Origin: an uncultured cyanobacterium
GTDB lineage: Bacteria; Cyanobacteriota; Cyanobacteriia; Cyanobacteriales; Nostocaceae
Assembly (NCBI GenBank): GCA_963706595.1
Contig: OY970166.1
Coordinates: forward strand, 4,128,001 to 4,192,000
Length of the DNA: 64,000 nt
Direction: 5' to 3'
The notes beneath the pieces are model-generated. The model was not told where the DNA came from, ran no database searches, and worked only from the letters and a program-made list of their open reading frames with translations. Made by a program: the position numbers and the translations under genes. This document shows positions 1 through 10,126 of the stretch, in pieces. The stretch's first letter is position 1, and each line of letters starts with the position of its first letter.

Positions 1-216
1 ATTTGTAGTCGTGTGTTGGCTTGGTTGCCAGAGCGAGTTACGGATGTAATTATCACTGGCGGCGGTGGTGAATTCTTCTGGGAAGACGTTCAACGCTTAC
101 TCAAAGAAGCCCAAATTAATGCCCATTTATCTGCACCTTCCCGCCAAGCTAACGCCTTGGGGCAGTATATTTATGGAGAGGCGCAATTGTCCGCCGTTCG
201 AGCTGCTAGGGCTTAA
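1..216 (+). CDS. parM: ParM/StbA-family actin-like ATPase, C-terminal part (truncated by window start)
   Basis: Frame open from base 1; actin-fold adenosine motif VIITGGGG and C-terminal QANALG motif; directly upstream of a ParR-like gene. Confidence 0.8.
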   Translation: MCSRVLAWLPERVTDVIITGGGGEFFWEDVQRLLKEAQINAHLSAPSRQANALGQYIYGEAQLSAVRAARA

Positions 217-221
217 AACTG

Positions 222-701
222 ATGTTCCAATGGTCAAAAAAGGTAGTTAAATCGGTCACGTTCAACCCAGAAGTTGCTGATGAGAGCTTGTTAGGAGTTG
301 TGGAAAATTATTTGGAGCAACTACCTGACAAAACTTTTAGCGACATCTGTAAAGAAGCCCTATGGCAATCTTTATGTGTACCAAAAACTGTAAAACCTAG
401 TCCAACAACAGCAGCAACAGACTCGGTTGAAAAAAAAATCGATGCGTTGCAACGTCAAGTGGCTGACCTAGAGGAACGTTTTTTTGCTCAGGAATCTCAT
501 CGTTTGGAGTCGATAGAACGCCATATTTTGCAACTTACCCAACAAATGGCGAATTTGGCAATTATGGTCACTGAGCGTCCAGTTATTCAGTCTTCAACTC
601 CATCAGTACCAGAAGTAGCTAATACTACTTATGCTGATAACCCTCCTGAAGAGGTTGATCCCGTCATCAGCCGCTTAAGTCAGTTTCTTGATGATTTCTA
701 A
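222..701 (+). CDS. parR: ParR-like partner protein (ribbon-helix-helix-like N-terminus, coiled coil, acidic C-terminal tail)
   Basis: 5 bp downstream of parM; VKSVTFNP...FSDICKEAL RHH-like pattern; central coiled coil; ends RLSQFLDDF. Confidence 0.7.
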   Translation: MFQWSKKVVKSVTFNPEVADESLLGVVENYLEQLPDKTFSDICKEALWQSLCVPKTVKPSPTTAATDSVEKKIDALQRQVADLEERFFAQESHRLESIERHILQLTQQMANLAIMVTERPVIQSSTPSVPEVANTTYADNPPEEVDPVISRLSQFLDDF

Positions 702-741
702 GAATGAATTAGGTTTGTGAGCATTTTTTGCTCCTGTAAGC

Positions 742-771
742 AATCCTTAATAGTTTTTACTATTAAGGATT
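742..771 (+). terminator. AT-rich hairpin after parR, possible terminator
   Basis: Inverted repeat AATCCTTAATAG-N6-CTATTAAGGATT. Confidence 0.4.
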
Positions 772-963
772 ATTAATATTTTATAAATTTTAGCTTAAGT
801 AAATTTGCTGTAGTAACATTACACCAAAGTTACAATAATTTGCAACTTATAAGCAAGTTTTTCCTATTGCAACTATCAGCTAAGTTGATATTCAGCAGAT
901 TTCATCTGAGTGAAGTACACAAGGGCGGGCATCTTTGACCTCCCCACAAGATTTTATGAATGC

Positions 964-1242
964 TGGGGAGTGGGGAGTGGGGAGTGGGGACTAGGGAGTA
1001 GAAGAAAAGGGGCAGGGGCAGGGGAGAAGAGGAACGGGAGCAGGATGCAGGGGGCAGAGGAGAAGAGGAATGGTTGTGAAGTAAGCGAACGTACAGTAAT
1101 TTCTTACTCCCCCTTGCTCCCTGCTCCCTGCTCCCCTGCCTCTTCACTCCCCCCTTGCTCCCTGCTCCCTGCTCCCCTGCCTACCTCAGCAATGGGATAT
1201 TTTTTAATTGGAAGTCCCTTAACCTCCTTGGCGGTTGCTATA
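964..1242. repeat. Composite STRR heptamer repeats plus MITE-like ends
   Basis: GGGGAGT, GGGCAGG and CCCTGCT runs; ends shared with elements at 28538..28670 and 19876..19950/44480..44591. Confidence 0.8.
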
Positions 1243-1618
1243 TGTACTTTAGATTAAGAAATGTTAAGAAATTCTTATTAAAGAATATTGCAATACCTTG
1301 ATTTAATTGTTAGGGTGTGTATTGGTAACGATGCTGGTGAACGCTCTGAATTTAGGAGAGACAAAACCTATGAGCTATGTCCATTCAGCCAATTGTGTCA
1401 AGTGTTGATTTTTTATTTGAAAAATCAGGCAGAAATGTTTTGAATAAACAATGCAGATTAGTTCAAGAATATTTCGTTGCCAAAGGCTTATTTACTTTTT
1501 GAGTTCAATAACGACTGATTAATGGTCTTACCTTGTGCAAGCAAGCGAGTAGCTTTGATTGTGTCTGTCGGCAATCACTAAGAGTAGGGTAAGACACCAA
1601 TTTTGGAGGTTAAAACCG

Positions 1619-2470
1619 ATGAATATTCAAGGCAAAGTTGCTCTGATTACTGGGGCTTCCCGTGGTATTGGTAAGGCGATCGCACTTGCACTAGCACAAC
1701 GAGGGATCAAGCGGTTGATTTTAGTAGCACGCGATCGCCAAAAATTAACCGCAGTAGCTCACCAAATCGAGGCTATGGGCGTAGAAACCACCATCTTGTC
1801 TATTGATTTAACTAAAACAATTGAAGTCAACATTGCCGTAGCCCAATTGTGGCGCAACTATGGACCCATTCATCTCCTGGTTAATTGTGCAGGTGTCGCC
1901 TATCAAACCTCCTTCTTGCAAACCAAACTACCCCAAGTGCAAGAAGAACTTTCAGTCAATTTATTGGGAATGTACAACCTCACCAGCCTCATAGCCCGGC
2001 GCATGGTGAGCCAAAAAGAAGGGACAATCGTCAATGTGTCCAGTTTGATGGGGAAAGTAGCTGCACCGACAATGGCGACTTACTCAGCTACCAAATTTGC
2101 CATCATCGGCTTTACCCAAGCCTTGCGGCGCGAACTCGCGGAACACAACATCCGGGTAATTGCCTTATTACCCACTCTCACAGACACAGATATGGCGCGG
2201 GACTTAAAATTATTTCGCTGGGTGATCCCCATGAACCCCGAACAAGTAGCGCAGGTACTCGTCTCTGGGTTGCAAAAAGATGCACCAGAAATTCTAGTTG
2301 GTTGGCAAAGTCATTTAGCGGTTTGGTGTCAACGGTTAGCCCCTTGGCTGTTAGAAATAATTTTACAAATCGCCACTCCGCCCACCTTGGCAAAACCACA
2401 GCGTCCTGCAAAACGCAGTTTTATGAGAAAAATTTATCGTTTTAGCGATCTCTTATGGTCAAGAACATGA
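1619..2470 (+). CDS. Short-chain dehydrogenase/reductase (SDR)
   Basis: TGASRGIG, NCAG and YSATK motifs; ATG at 1619 preceded by GGAGG preferred over 1559. Confidence 0.92.
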   Translation: MNIQGKVALITGASRGIGKAIALALAQRGIKRLILVARDRQKLTAVAHQIEAMGVETTILSIDLTKTIEVNIAVAQLWRNYGPIHLLVNCAGVAYQTSFLQTKLPQVQEELSVNLLGMYNLTSLIARRMVSQKEGTIVNVSSLMGKVAAPTMATYSATKFAIIGFTQALRRELAEHNIRVIALLPTLTDTDMARDLKLFRWVIPMNPEQVAQVLVSGLQKDAPEILVGWQSHLAVWCQRLAPWLLEIILQIATPPTLAKPQRPAKRSFMRKIYRFSDLLWSRT

Positions 2471-2519
2471 ATTCTCTCTCTTTCTAAAATGTGATAATTT
2501 TATCCGGCGGTCAATCACT

Positions 2520-3089
2520 TTAACTTTTCAGATAAAAACGGCAATACCCCACCAGGTAGAACACATTGACCGCAATTAGCATTCCCTTACCCCAGTTTGT
2601 TAACGTAGAGCTAAATAGGTAAATCGTAGCTAAGAATACTAGTAGAATTTCCACCAAAGCGGCAATAGTACCATAATGATTGCGATCCCAATAAGAAACG
2701 GGACTGATAAAACGGTAATTACTCAAAGGAAAAAAGTGCCGATGCGCGTCGTTGTTGTGGACTGGGAAATCTAACAAAGAATGTAGCACCATACTAATTA
2801 AGCCAATCTCTATCAGTTGCCAATTCCAGAAATGGGCAATCAACACGCCCAGCACAGCCAGGGGAACTGAATGAAACGTACTCACAAGACCTTGCCAAAA
2901 AGGCTGATAATAAACCTCTGACCAAATCTGCTTTTCTGGTAGACGGTAAACAAACTTCATCAGCAAGTAGAACACAAAGATGGGAACATCTGGTAAGACC
3001 GCACCGATGAGAATCGCCGGACTTGCCTGATCTCGTAGTTGTTGATTAAAAATGACCAAATTGAGAATTGCATGGCTGGGAGTATTCAT
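2520..3089 (-). CDS. Membrane protein, putative metal-binding hydrolase-like
   Basis: MNTPSH start, GAVLPD, FHS and HSLLDFPVHNNDAHRHFFP motifs; several hydrophobic helices. Confidence 0.7.
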   Translation of the reverse strand: MNTPSHAILNLVIFNQQLRDQASPAILIGAVLPDVPIFVFYLLMKFVYRLPEKQIWSEVYYQPFWQGLVSTFHSVPLAVLGVLIAHFWNWQLIEIGLISMVLHSLLDFPVHNNDAHRHFFPLSNYRFISPVSYWDRNHYGTIAALVEILLVFLATIYLFSSTLTNWGKGMLIAVNVFYLVGYCRFYLKS

Positions 3090-3138
3090 GTAATCGGTGC
3101 AAAATGAATAAATTTAACTTATTTCGGAGCAATCATAA

Positions 3139-4635
3139 ATGCTGACATTGCCTACCACGCTGCCTGTTCTGCCCGAAATCATCGATAATTTACCAAATAT
3201 TTCCGGTTGGGAAACAGAGGTGCTTTCTGTAGTTAACCATGATGCACCTGTCTTTTTACCCTCCACAAATATCCGCCTAGAGGATGTAAAAGCTGTATTT
3301 GCGATCGCCTTACACATGCACCAGCCCACAATCCCGGCTGGACATGATGGCGGCTTAATCAGCAATCTGCAATATATGTTTGAGCATACCCACGAAGGGG
3401 ATAACCATAACGCCGCACCTTTCGCCCATTGTTACAGCCGCATGGGAGATTTGATCCCCGAACTCGTTAATCAAGGTTGCAACCCCCGTGTGATGTTGGA
3501 TTACTCAGGTAATCTTCTGTGGGGACTCAGACAAATGGGACGCAATGATATTTTAGATAATCTCAAACGCATCACCTGCGATCGCACCTATCAACCTTAT
3601 GTAGAATGGTTGGGAACAATGTGGGGTCATGCGGTGATTCCTTCCACACCCATATCTGATCTTAAATTGCATATAGTGGCATGGCAACATCATTTTGCCG
3701 CCATTTTTGGTTGGGACGCACTAGCGAGAGTTAAAGGATTTTCTCCCCCAGAAATGCACCTCCCAAATCATCCTGATACTTTATTTGCATTTATTAAAGC
3801 CCTGAAAGAATGCGGCTATCGCTGGTTACTTGTACAAGAACATTCCGTAGAAACAATTAGCGGACAATCTCTGACTCACAAACACTTACCACATCGTTTA
3901 ATTGCCCGTAATTCCCACGGCGAAACAATTAGTATTACCGCCTTAATTAAAACCCAAGGTTCAGATACTAAATTAGTTGCTCAGATGCAGCCTTATTATG
4001 AAGCTAAAACTTTAGACAAACAACAAGTAGGAAAGGTCTTAATTCCACCCATTGTTAGTCAAATTGGGGATGGTGAAAACGGTGGGGTAATGATGAATGA
4101 ATTTCCCAGTGCTTTCAAACAAGCTTGGGGAGATATGGTCAATAATGGAGGAGGTAAATCTGGCGTTGTTGGGGTGTGTGGTACAGAATATTTAGAATTA
4201 ATCACAGCCGCAGGTTGTCAACCCGAAGACTATCCCACCTGTCAGCCAGTAGGACAACATCAAATTTGGCAAAGAGTTTCACCTGAAAACTGCCAACCTG
4301 AGACTGTAGAAACTGCCATTCAAGAATTAAAGCAAATCAACCCTAACTTTCATCTCGATGGCGCTTCATGGACAAATCATATTAGTTGGGTAAAAGGATA
4401 TGAAAATGTCATCTCTCCCATGTATGAATTAAGCAGTTTATTTCACCAACAGGTAGATAACATATTGTCCACTAATTCATCCGCATACCGTAATCTGCTT
4501 TTACATAACCTGTTGCTGCAAACTAGCTGTTTTCGTTATTGGGGACAAGGTTCCTGGACTGACCATGCGCGCAATATTCACCAAAGGGGCGAAAACTTGC
4601 TACAAACCATATCTAAATCTCAACAAAAAGTGTGA
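3139..4635 (+). CDS. Glycoside hydrolase family 57-like protein
   Basis: LHMHQP, GFSPPE and DGENGG motifs. Confidence 0.8.
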   Translation: MLTLPTTLPVLPEIIDNLPNISGWETEVLSVVNHDAPVFLPSTNIRLEDVKAVFAIALHMHQPTIPAGHDGGLISNLQYMFEHTHEGDNHNAAPFAHCYSRMGDLIPELVNQGCNPRVMLDYSGNLLWGLRQMGRNDILDNLKRITCDRTYQPYVEWLGTMWGHAVIPSTPISDLKLHIVAWQHHFAAIFGWDALARVKGFSPPEMHLPNHPDTLFAFIKALKECGYRWLLVQEHSVETISGQSLTHKHLPHRLIARNSHGETISITALIKTQGSDTKLVAQMQPYYEAKTLDKQQVGKVLIPPIVSQIGDGENGGVMMNEFPSAFKQAWGDMVNNGGGKSGVVGVCGTEYLELITAAGCQPEDYPTCQPVGQHQIWQRVSPENCQPETVETAIQELKQINPNFHLDGASWTNHISWVKGYENVISPMYELSSLFHQQVDNILSTNSSAYRNLLLHNLLLQTSCFRYWGQGSWTDHARNIHQRGENLLQTISKSQQKV

Positions 4636-4848
4636 ATTAGCGGATTTATCGCACTTTTTAAACTTGAACTAGTTTGTGTTTATAGCTACAAATAAACATT
4701 ACAATTAACTCAACTACAGACAGACTGTATAGTTTAATATGTCTGCCTTCAGAACGGTTAAGCCTTAATCTATAATCGCTAAATTGGCCTTAGATGAAAG
4801 CACGCACCAAGATTGACTTAATCGTTCTTATCTAAGGAGAATATTAAT

Positions 4849-5649
4849 ATGGTTGAAAGTAAACAGGCTACAAATAATCAGACTGAAAATGTTAACCGCA
4901 CCACTACAGACCAATCTTGCGTCGGGACAACAAGAACGGATATGGGAGGGGTATCGAGTACAGAAGAGGTTAACCGCACAACGACAGGCGAATCCCGTTC
5001 TGGTGACGTAAAAAGCGGATATCGATCCGAAACTCGCTCAGAAAACGGCAGAATGAATTCGGCATTAAGTAGAGCTTTGATAGGTGGACTTATTGGTGGA
5101 ACTTTGGGATCATTAGCTGGCGCTTTAGCTGGGAGAAGAATTGGTGAAGGATTTAACCACACGATGAAAGGTGTGGGAGAAGCAGCAAAAACTATCGGCG
5201 AAGGTCTTGGTCATACTGCAAAAGGTGTAGGAGACGTAGCCAAGAGTTTTGCTGAAGGTGCTAGCCATGCGGTTGTTGGTGGTGCGGTAGAAACAGCCCA
5301 AGGTGCTGCGGAGGGAGTTAAGCAAACCGCAGTCAGCACATTAGACGCAGTACAGAAGACGGCGCAGAACGTTAACCAAGCGGTACAAGACACGACTGAA
5401 TGGACAAAGCAAGCCGCAGAAAATTCTCAAATTTCTAAAAATGGGGGTCAGCAAGATAGCCAGGACACTCAAAATCAAGATGTTGGTATGGGTCAGCGAG
5501 AAACTAGTACCCAATCGATCTACATTTCCACTCCAGAATATGCAGAAGGATATGTCGGTGAAACAACAACTTTTATAAATGAGAACAATTCTGTAGAGCC
5601 TTTTGAAGATAGCTCACTTGCAGAAGAGATTCATCGGATTGATAGTTAA
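4849..5649 (+). CDS. Hypothetical glycine-zipper protein with 11-mer amphipathic repeats (LEA/YtxH-like)
   Basis: AAGGAG RBS; GGLIGGTLGSLAGALAG; repeated TxKGVGE/DxAK units. Confidence 0.7.
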   Translation: MVESKQATNNQTENVNRTTTDQSCVGTTRTDMGGVSSTEEVNRTTTGESRSGDVKSGYRSETRSENGRMNSALSRALIGGLIGGTLGSLAGALAGRRIGEGFNHTMKGVGEAAKTIGEGLGHTAKGVGDVAKSFAEGASHAVVGGAVETAQGAAEGVKQTAVSTLDAVQKTAQNVNQAVQDTTEWTKQAAENSQISKNGGQQDSQDTQNQDVGMGQRETSTQSIYISTPEYAEGYVGETTTFINENNSVEPFEDSSLAEEIHRIDS

Positions 5650-6050
5650 ACTCAAGCAAATTTTGCAGTTAATAAGCTTTCAATCTGGGTCAGATGAGAA
5701 TAATTAACCGCCGATAAATTCAGATGTTTAATTGTTTTATTTGGTGTTTTTGACATCAGCTATCCTTAATTCAAGAATATGGAAATATGTCCTAATTCTT
5801 CTGTTTTTTCTCTCACGAATAAATCAGGTATCTTAAACTAAATATCCTGTTTATTTTGTCTTTTGGTTGGATAAATAGTTGGTCTGGAATTACTGATATC
5901 TTGCACTAAGTCACGGTCTGCGCTTTCCAGTCGCTTGGTGCAAGCTATCAGCGCCCCAGCAAGGCGATTACAAGCCCGCAAAAAATGATAGAAAAATATT
6001 GAGATTGAAAACCTCAAATCCTTACCCTGAAAATAAATCAAGAGGTATTG

Positions 6051-6650
6051 ATGATGAATGGAAATCAGCAGTTTTCGGATAGGCTTGAAGACAATCAAGA
6101 TTTGCGTACAAATCAAGCTGATGTTAATAGAGTAACTCCAGAATCAAGTAACGAGTTCTCTAAAATAGTATTTGGAACCGTTATGGGTGCTACTTTAGGC
6201 GCATTAGCTGGGGCTTTAGCGATGAGAGGTGCAGACCAAAAAGTTAACGAAACTATTAAAAATTTCGGGAACTTAGTTAAGGGTACGACTAATAATTTTA
6301 ATCAAACTGTAAAAGCTGTAGGGAATGCAATCAAGACTGTAGCGGAGGGTGTTAACGATACTGTCAAAGATGTGAGTGAAGCTGTTAAGGGGACAGCCGT
6401 GGATGTTAATGATACTGTCAAAGATACGATGGTAAATATGAAAGGTACGGCAGTAGATGTTACAGACACGGTACAAAATACGGCGGAGATTGTTAAGGGA
6501 GCAAATCAAGGTATTAGCGATACTATTCAAGGAACTGTAAACATAGCTAAAAATGTTGTTTCAGATGTAAAACCATCTAGTAGTCAAAACGTTAATCCAC
6601 CTAGTAATCAGACTGCGTATATTTTGGTTCCTGTGGACAAGCAAAAGTAA
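6051..6650 (+). CDS. Hypothetical glycine-zipper protein with 11-mer repeats (LEA-like)
   Basis: GAGG RBS; GTVMGATLGALAGALA; repeats of the type TVKDVSEAVKG/TAVDVNDTVKD; exact start uncertain. Confidence 0.7.
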   Translation: MMNGNQQFSDRLEDNQDLRTNQADVNRVTPESSNEFSKIVFGTVMGATLGALAGALAMRGADQKVNETIKNFGNLVKGTTNNFNQTVKAVGNAIKTVAEGVNDTVKDVSEAVKGTAVDVNDTVKDTMVNMKGTAVDVTDTVQNTAEIVKGANQGISDTIQGTVNIAKNVVSDVKPSSSQNVNPPSNQTAYILVPVDKQK

Positions 6651-6770
6651 ATTTAGGAAACACCAGAAAATAAATTATCCCATCTTGTGGGATGGGCATT
6701 ATTTGACTGAGCGATGATTAGCAGGCATCTTTGCCCGTTCCATAAGCAGAAATTTAGGAATATTTTTTTA

Positions 6771-8129
6771 TTATAGTAAAGGTAATAATATTTGAAATTC
6801 ATTGCCTATACCCAGTTGTGAACGAAAGTTTAATTTACCACCATGCCTTCCTGCTATAATTCGATAACTCATTCCTAAACTAGTTTCTTGATCAGCCCAT
6901 TTTTCCAAAGAAAAAGATTCGATCATTTGTTGTTGCGATTCTGGAGACATACCTGGTCCATTATCAGCAATGCAGACTGAAACCCAACGGGAATCAGGCG
7001 AATCTGCCTGGGTAGCTTCTAGGGAAATGATTTCTGTAGTAATTTCAATTCGTGGTTTAGCAGCAGAATTTGGATATTCTTGATGAAAACTTTGCCGCAC
7101 TGATTGATTAAGTAAAGCCTCTACAGATTGGCTTAAAATATTCATCAATGCTTGGTTAAACTGCCCCCGAAAGCAATAAATTGGTGGTAGTTTACCGTAA
7201 TTTTTAATTATTTCAATTTTTCCTTTTAATTTACTTTTAAGAAGCAGGATAATATTATCTATACAGGCGTGTAAGTCCACTGGTTTGGGATGAACTTCAT
7301 CGATATAGCAAAAATTTTGTAAGCCAATGACAAGTTTTTTTAATCTTTCTGCTCCGGTGCGAATACTCGTCAGAGCTTTTGATAAATCTTTTTCTAAAAA
7401 ATCAAATTCAATTTCTTCTTTAAAATTGTTAATTCTCTCAGAAATTTGAGGTAACTCTTGGTCATACTCAGCTATAAGCTTGAGTAAATCTTGACTGTAG
7501 TTAAATATGTAAGTTAAATTACCCCAGATAAAACTAAGGGGGTCGAGAATCTCGTGTACTACTCCATCTACCAAACGCCCTAGACGAACCATTTTGTCAT
7601 TTTGAATCATTTGGATTTGGCTGCGTTCATAGCGCACTTGAGTCTCGATTCCTTGGATTTGCCAAGCTGCGATATTTAAGTCATGTATATCTAATAATTT
7701 GTAGCTATTAGCGGCTGTTTGCACTACTATTGGTTCTGCTAAAAATTCAGGCGATCGCCTGAGAGTATGTTCTAGGGCTGTTAAAATCGATGTTGTTCCC
7801 GGTAGCAGCAAAATAGCTGTGCGTGCATAACTGTAAAGTACACCCAATGTTTCTTGGGTAAATAACTCTTGTCCACGAGGGCGTAGCGGAAATTCCAGAA
7901 GTCTTCGCCGCGAAATCATTCCCAGAAATTTTCCCTGTTCTAACAAGATTACTCCTGGTAGCAGTGGATATTTGTCTAAAAAATGAGCAACTTCAGCCCC
8001 ACTACAACTAATTTCTACCTGAAAATTGTATATTGGTAGTTCTTGGATTACTGACTCTAAATCGAGATCGCGATCGCTACCACGAGAAAAAACTGGCGGC
8101 GAAATCAAGGAATGAAAATCTTGTGGCAC
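6771..8129 (-). CDS. Sensor histidine kinase-like protein with N-terminal CBS-like domain
   Basis: H-box GVVHEILDPL, G1 IADNGPGM, C-terminal HGGKL...G..FQILLP. Confidence 0.85.
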   Translation of the reverse strand: MPQDFHSLISPPVFSRGSDRDLDLESVIQELPIYNFQVEISCSGAEVAHFLDKYPLLPGVILLEQGKFLGMISRRRLLEFPLRPRGQELFTQETLGVLYSYARTAILLLPGTTSILTALEHTLRRSPEFLAEPIVVQTAANSYKLLDIHDLNIAAWQIQGIETQVRYERSQIQMIQNDKMVRLGRLVDGVVHEILDPLSFIWGNLTYIFNYSQDLLKLIAEYDQELPQISERINNFKEEIEFDFLEKDLSKALTSIRTGAERLKKLVIGLQNFCYIDEVHPKPVDLHACIDNIILLLKSKLKGKIEIIKNYGKLPPIYCFRGQFNQALMNILSQSVEALLNQSVRQSFHQEYPNSAAKPRIEITTEIISLEATQADSPDSRWVSVCIADNGPGMSPESQQQMIESFSLEKWADQETSLGMSYRIIAGRHGGKLNFRSQLGIGNEFQILLPLL

Positions 8130-8780
8130 TGGTGACTCTAATTTGGATAAAATCAGGTAATCTGCTTATATTTTACTCCTTAGCAGTCTTTAGCGATCTG
8201 AGAAATTTTTAATTTATTAGATCACGAAAGCTAAACTGCAATTTCACGCTGGATCTCAGTCCTGGAGAAATCTTTACGTGAAAATACTCTTTTTTCTTTA
8301 CCTATTTGTTGCATCTTGGGCTTGCCATTTTGAAGTTTTTATAGTAAAAAATCAACCATTGCTGATGTAGAATTTTGCCAAAAAGCTGCAAAATTAAAAA
8401 CCTTAGCGATCCCCGAATGTTTAAACACTGTGAACAGTTTATGAAATTTCAGGGAAGATCACATCCTGACGTACTAGTTTACAGTAAGTATAAACATTAA
8501 GTAATCACAAGTCATGCAGGTAGATGCTTATTTCCCAAAACTCGGAACAATTTCGGAAGTGAGACCATCTTCAAATCAGCCAGCGTCAGTAAATGCACAG
8601 AATTAAACAAAACTATCAACAACTCCCTCGCAGTGATCAGCGCTTAAGCGTAACTAGAAACAGTACCCTAACTTCGGGTTCAAATCAGCTTCAGTTACCC
8701 ATAGATGCTTTTGATCCCCATTCGGATAGAATGGCTAGACATAACCTAAAAACTTTCAACCGCTTTTGACTGCGATACCC

Positions 8781-9836
8781 ATGAATCAACTGAACAATGG
8801 TTTCACTATATTTCTGAGTTTGCTAGTCGAGGCGATGCCGTTTTTGCTATTTGGAGTTTTATTCTCCAGTGTGCTGCTGATTTTTATCGATGAGCGAAAA
8901 TTAGTCGCCAGAATGCCCAGAAATCCAGTCTTGGGTGCTTTAGCAGGCAGTCTCATCGGCTTTATGTTCCCCGTGTGTGAGTGCGGTAATGTCCCGGTAG
9001 CGCGGCGGTTGCTGATGCAGGGAGTACCCACACCCGTGGCCATTGGATTTTTGCTCGCAGCACCCACAATTAACCCCATTGTCATTTGGGCAACTTGGAT
9101 AGCCTTTCGAGACCAGCCAGAAATAGTAGTATTACGAGTGGTATTTTCGCTGGTAATTGCCGTAACTATTGGCATTGTTTTCAGTTTTCAGAAAGATGTA
9201 ACTCCTCTTGTGCAACCTGCGATCGCGCGTTATCTCAAATTCAACCCCCCAGCCGGGACAGAAACTCAACATGGTGGCAGAGGATACGCCGCACCACCAA
9301 CCGCAAAAGTACCCAGTGTATTGAAATCGGGGACTTATATTTTAGGCGGAAAACCAGGACTAACTCAGCGCTTAGATCCGAATTTATTACAGACGACCAC
9401 CGCCACCGCCAGCCCCAATAAAACAGTGATGGATAAACTCCGCCTGGTTTTGGATAATGTCATGCAGGAATTGCGAGAACTAGGCGGCGTGATGGTTTTA
9501 GGTAGTGCGATCGCCGCTTCTGTACAAGTATTTGCTCCCCGTGACTTAATCCTCACCTTGGGTGCGGGACACATCAGTTCAATTGTGGTCATGCTGATCT
9601 TAGCCGCAGTTGTATCAGTCTGTTCCACAGTCGATTCCTTCTTTGCCCTGTCATTTGCCTCAGCTTTTAGTAGTGGTTCCTTGTTAGCATTTTTAGTATT
9701 TGGCCCTATGGTTGACATCAAAAGTATCGGATTAATGTTAACCGTTTTCAACCCCAAAACCATATTTTACTTATTTGCTTTAGCAGCACAATTGACCTTT
9801 GTATTAACGCTGTTCATGAACTTGTATGTGATGTAA
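8781..9836 (+). CDS. DUF318/ArsP-like predicted permease
   Basis: FPVCECGNVP and SVCSTVD motifs, multiple TM helices. Confidence 0.88.
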   Translation: MNQLNNGFTIFLSLLVEAMPFLLFGVLFSSVLLIFIDERKLVARMPRNPVLGALAGSLIGFMFPVCECGNVPVARRLLMQGVPTPVAIGFLLAAPTINPIVIWATWIAFRDQPEIVVLRVVFSLVIAVTIGIVFSFQKDVTPLVQPAIARYLKFNPPAGTETQHGGRGYAAPPTAKVPSVLKSGTYILGGKPGLTQRLDPNLLQTTTATASPNKTVMDKLRLVLDNVMQELRELGGVMVLGSAIAASVQVFAPRDLILTLGAGHISSIVVMLILAAVVSVCSTVDSFFALSFASAFSSGSLLAFLVFGPMVDIKSIGLMLTVFNPKTIFYLFALAAQLTFVLTLFMNLYVM

Positions 9837-10015
9837 ACCAGTTAACAGTTATCAGTTATCAGTGATTCAGGTGGATGCTAGAGAATTTAAACCCGCAATC
9901 AACCCTTACCATTCATCGGAATTGAGTTATTAGTTTTCAATTTATTCAGTCAACGCCGAACTAGCGGAATTCTTCAACTCAAATATTTCTTTTGACTGAT
10001 AACTGCTACATTCTT

Positions 10016-10113
10016 CTCCCCTGCCCCCTGCTCCCCTGCCCCTTGCCCCCTGCCCCCTGCCCCCTGCTCCCCTGCCCCCTGCTCCCCTGCCCCCTGCCCC
10101 CTGCTCCCCTGCC
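10016..10113. repeat. STRR tandem repeat (CCCCTG/CTCCCCTG units)
   Basis: Directly visible tandem units. Confidence 0.9.
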
Positions 10114-10126
10114 TCTTTTTTAACCA

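Noticed and set aside
809..822. NtcA-like site GTAGTAACATTAC
   Set aside because: The spacing is GTA-N7-TAC rather than N8, and no clear promoter context is visible.
902..1257. ORFs 902..1147 and 910..1257
   Set aside because: They are translations of STRR/MITE repeats; the same applies to 9942..10156 and 29805..30083.
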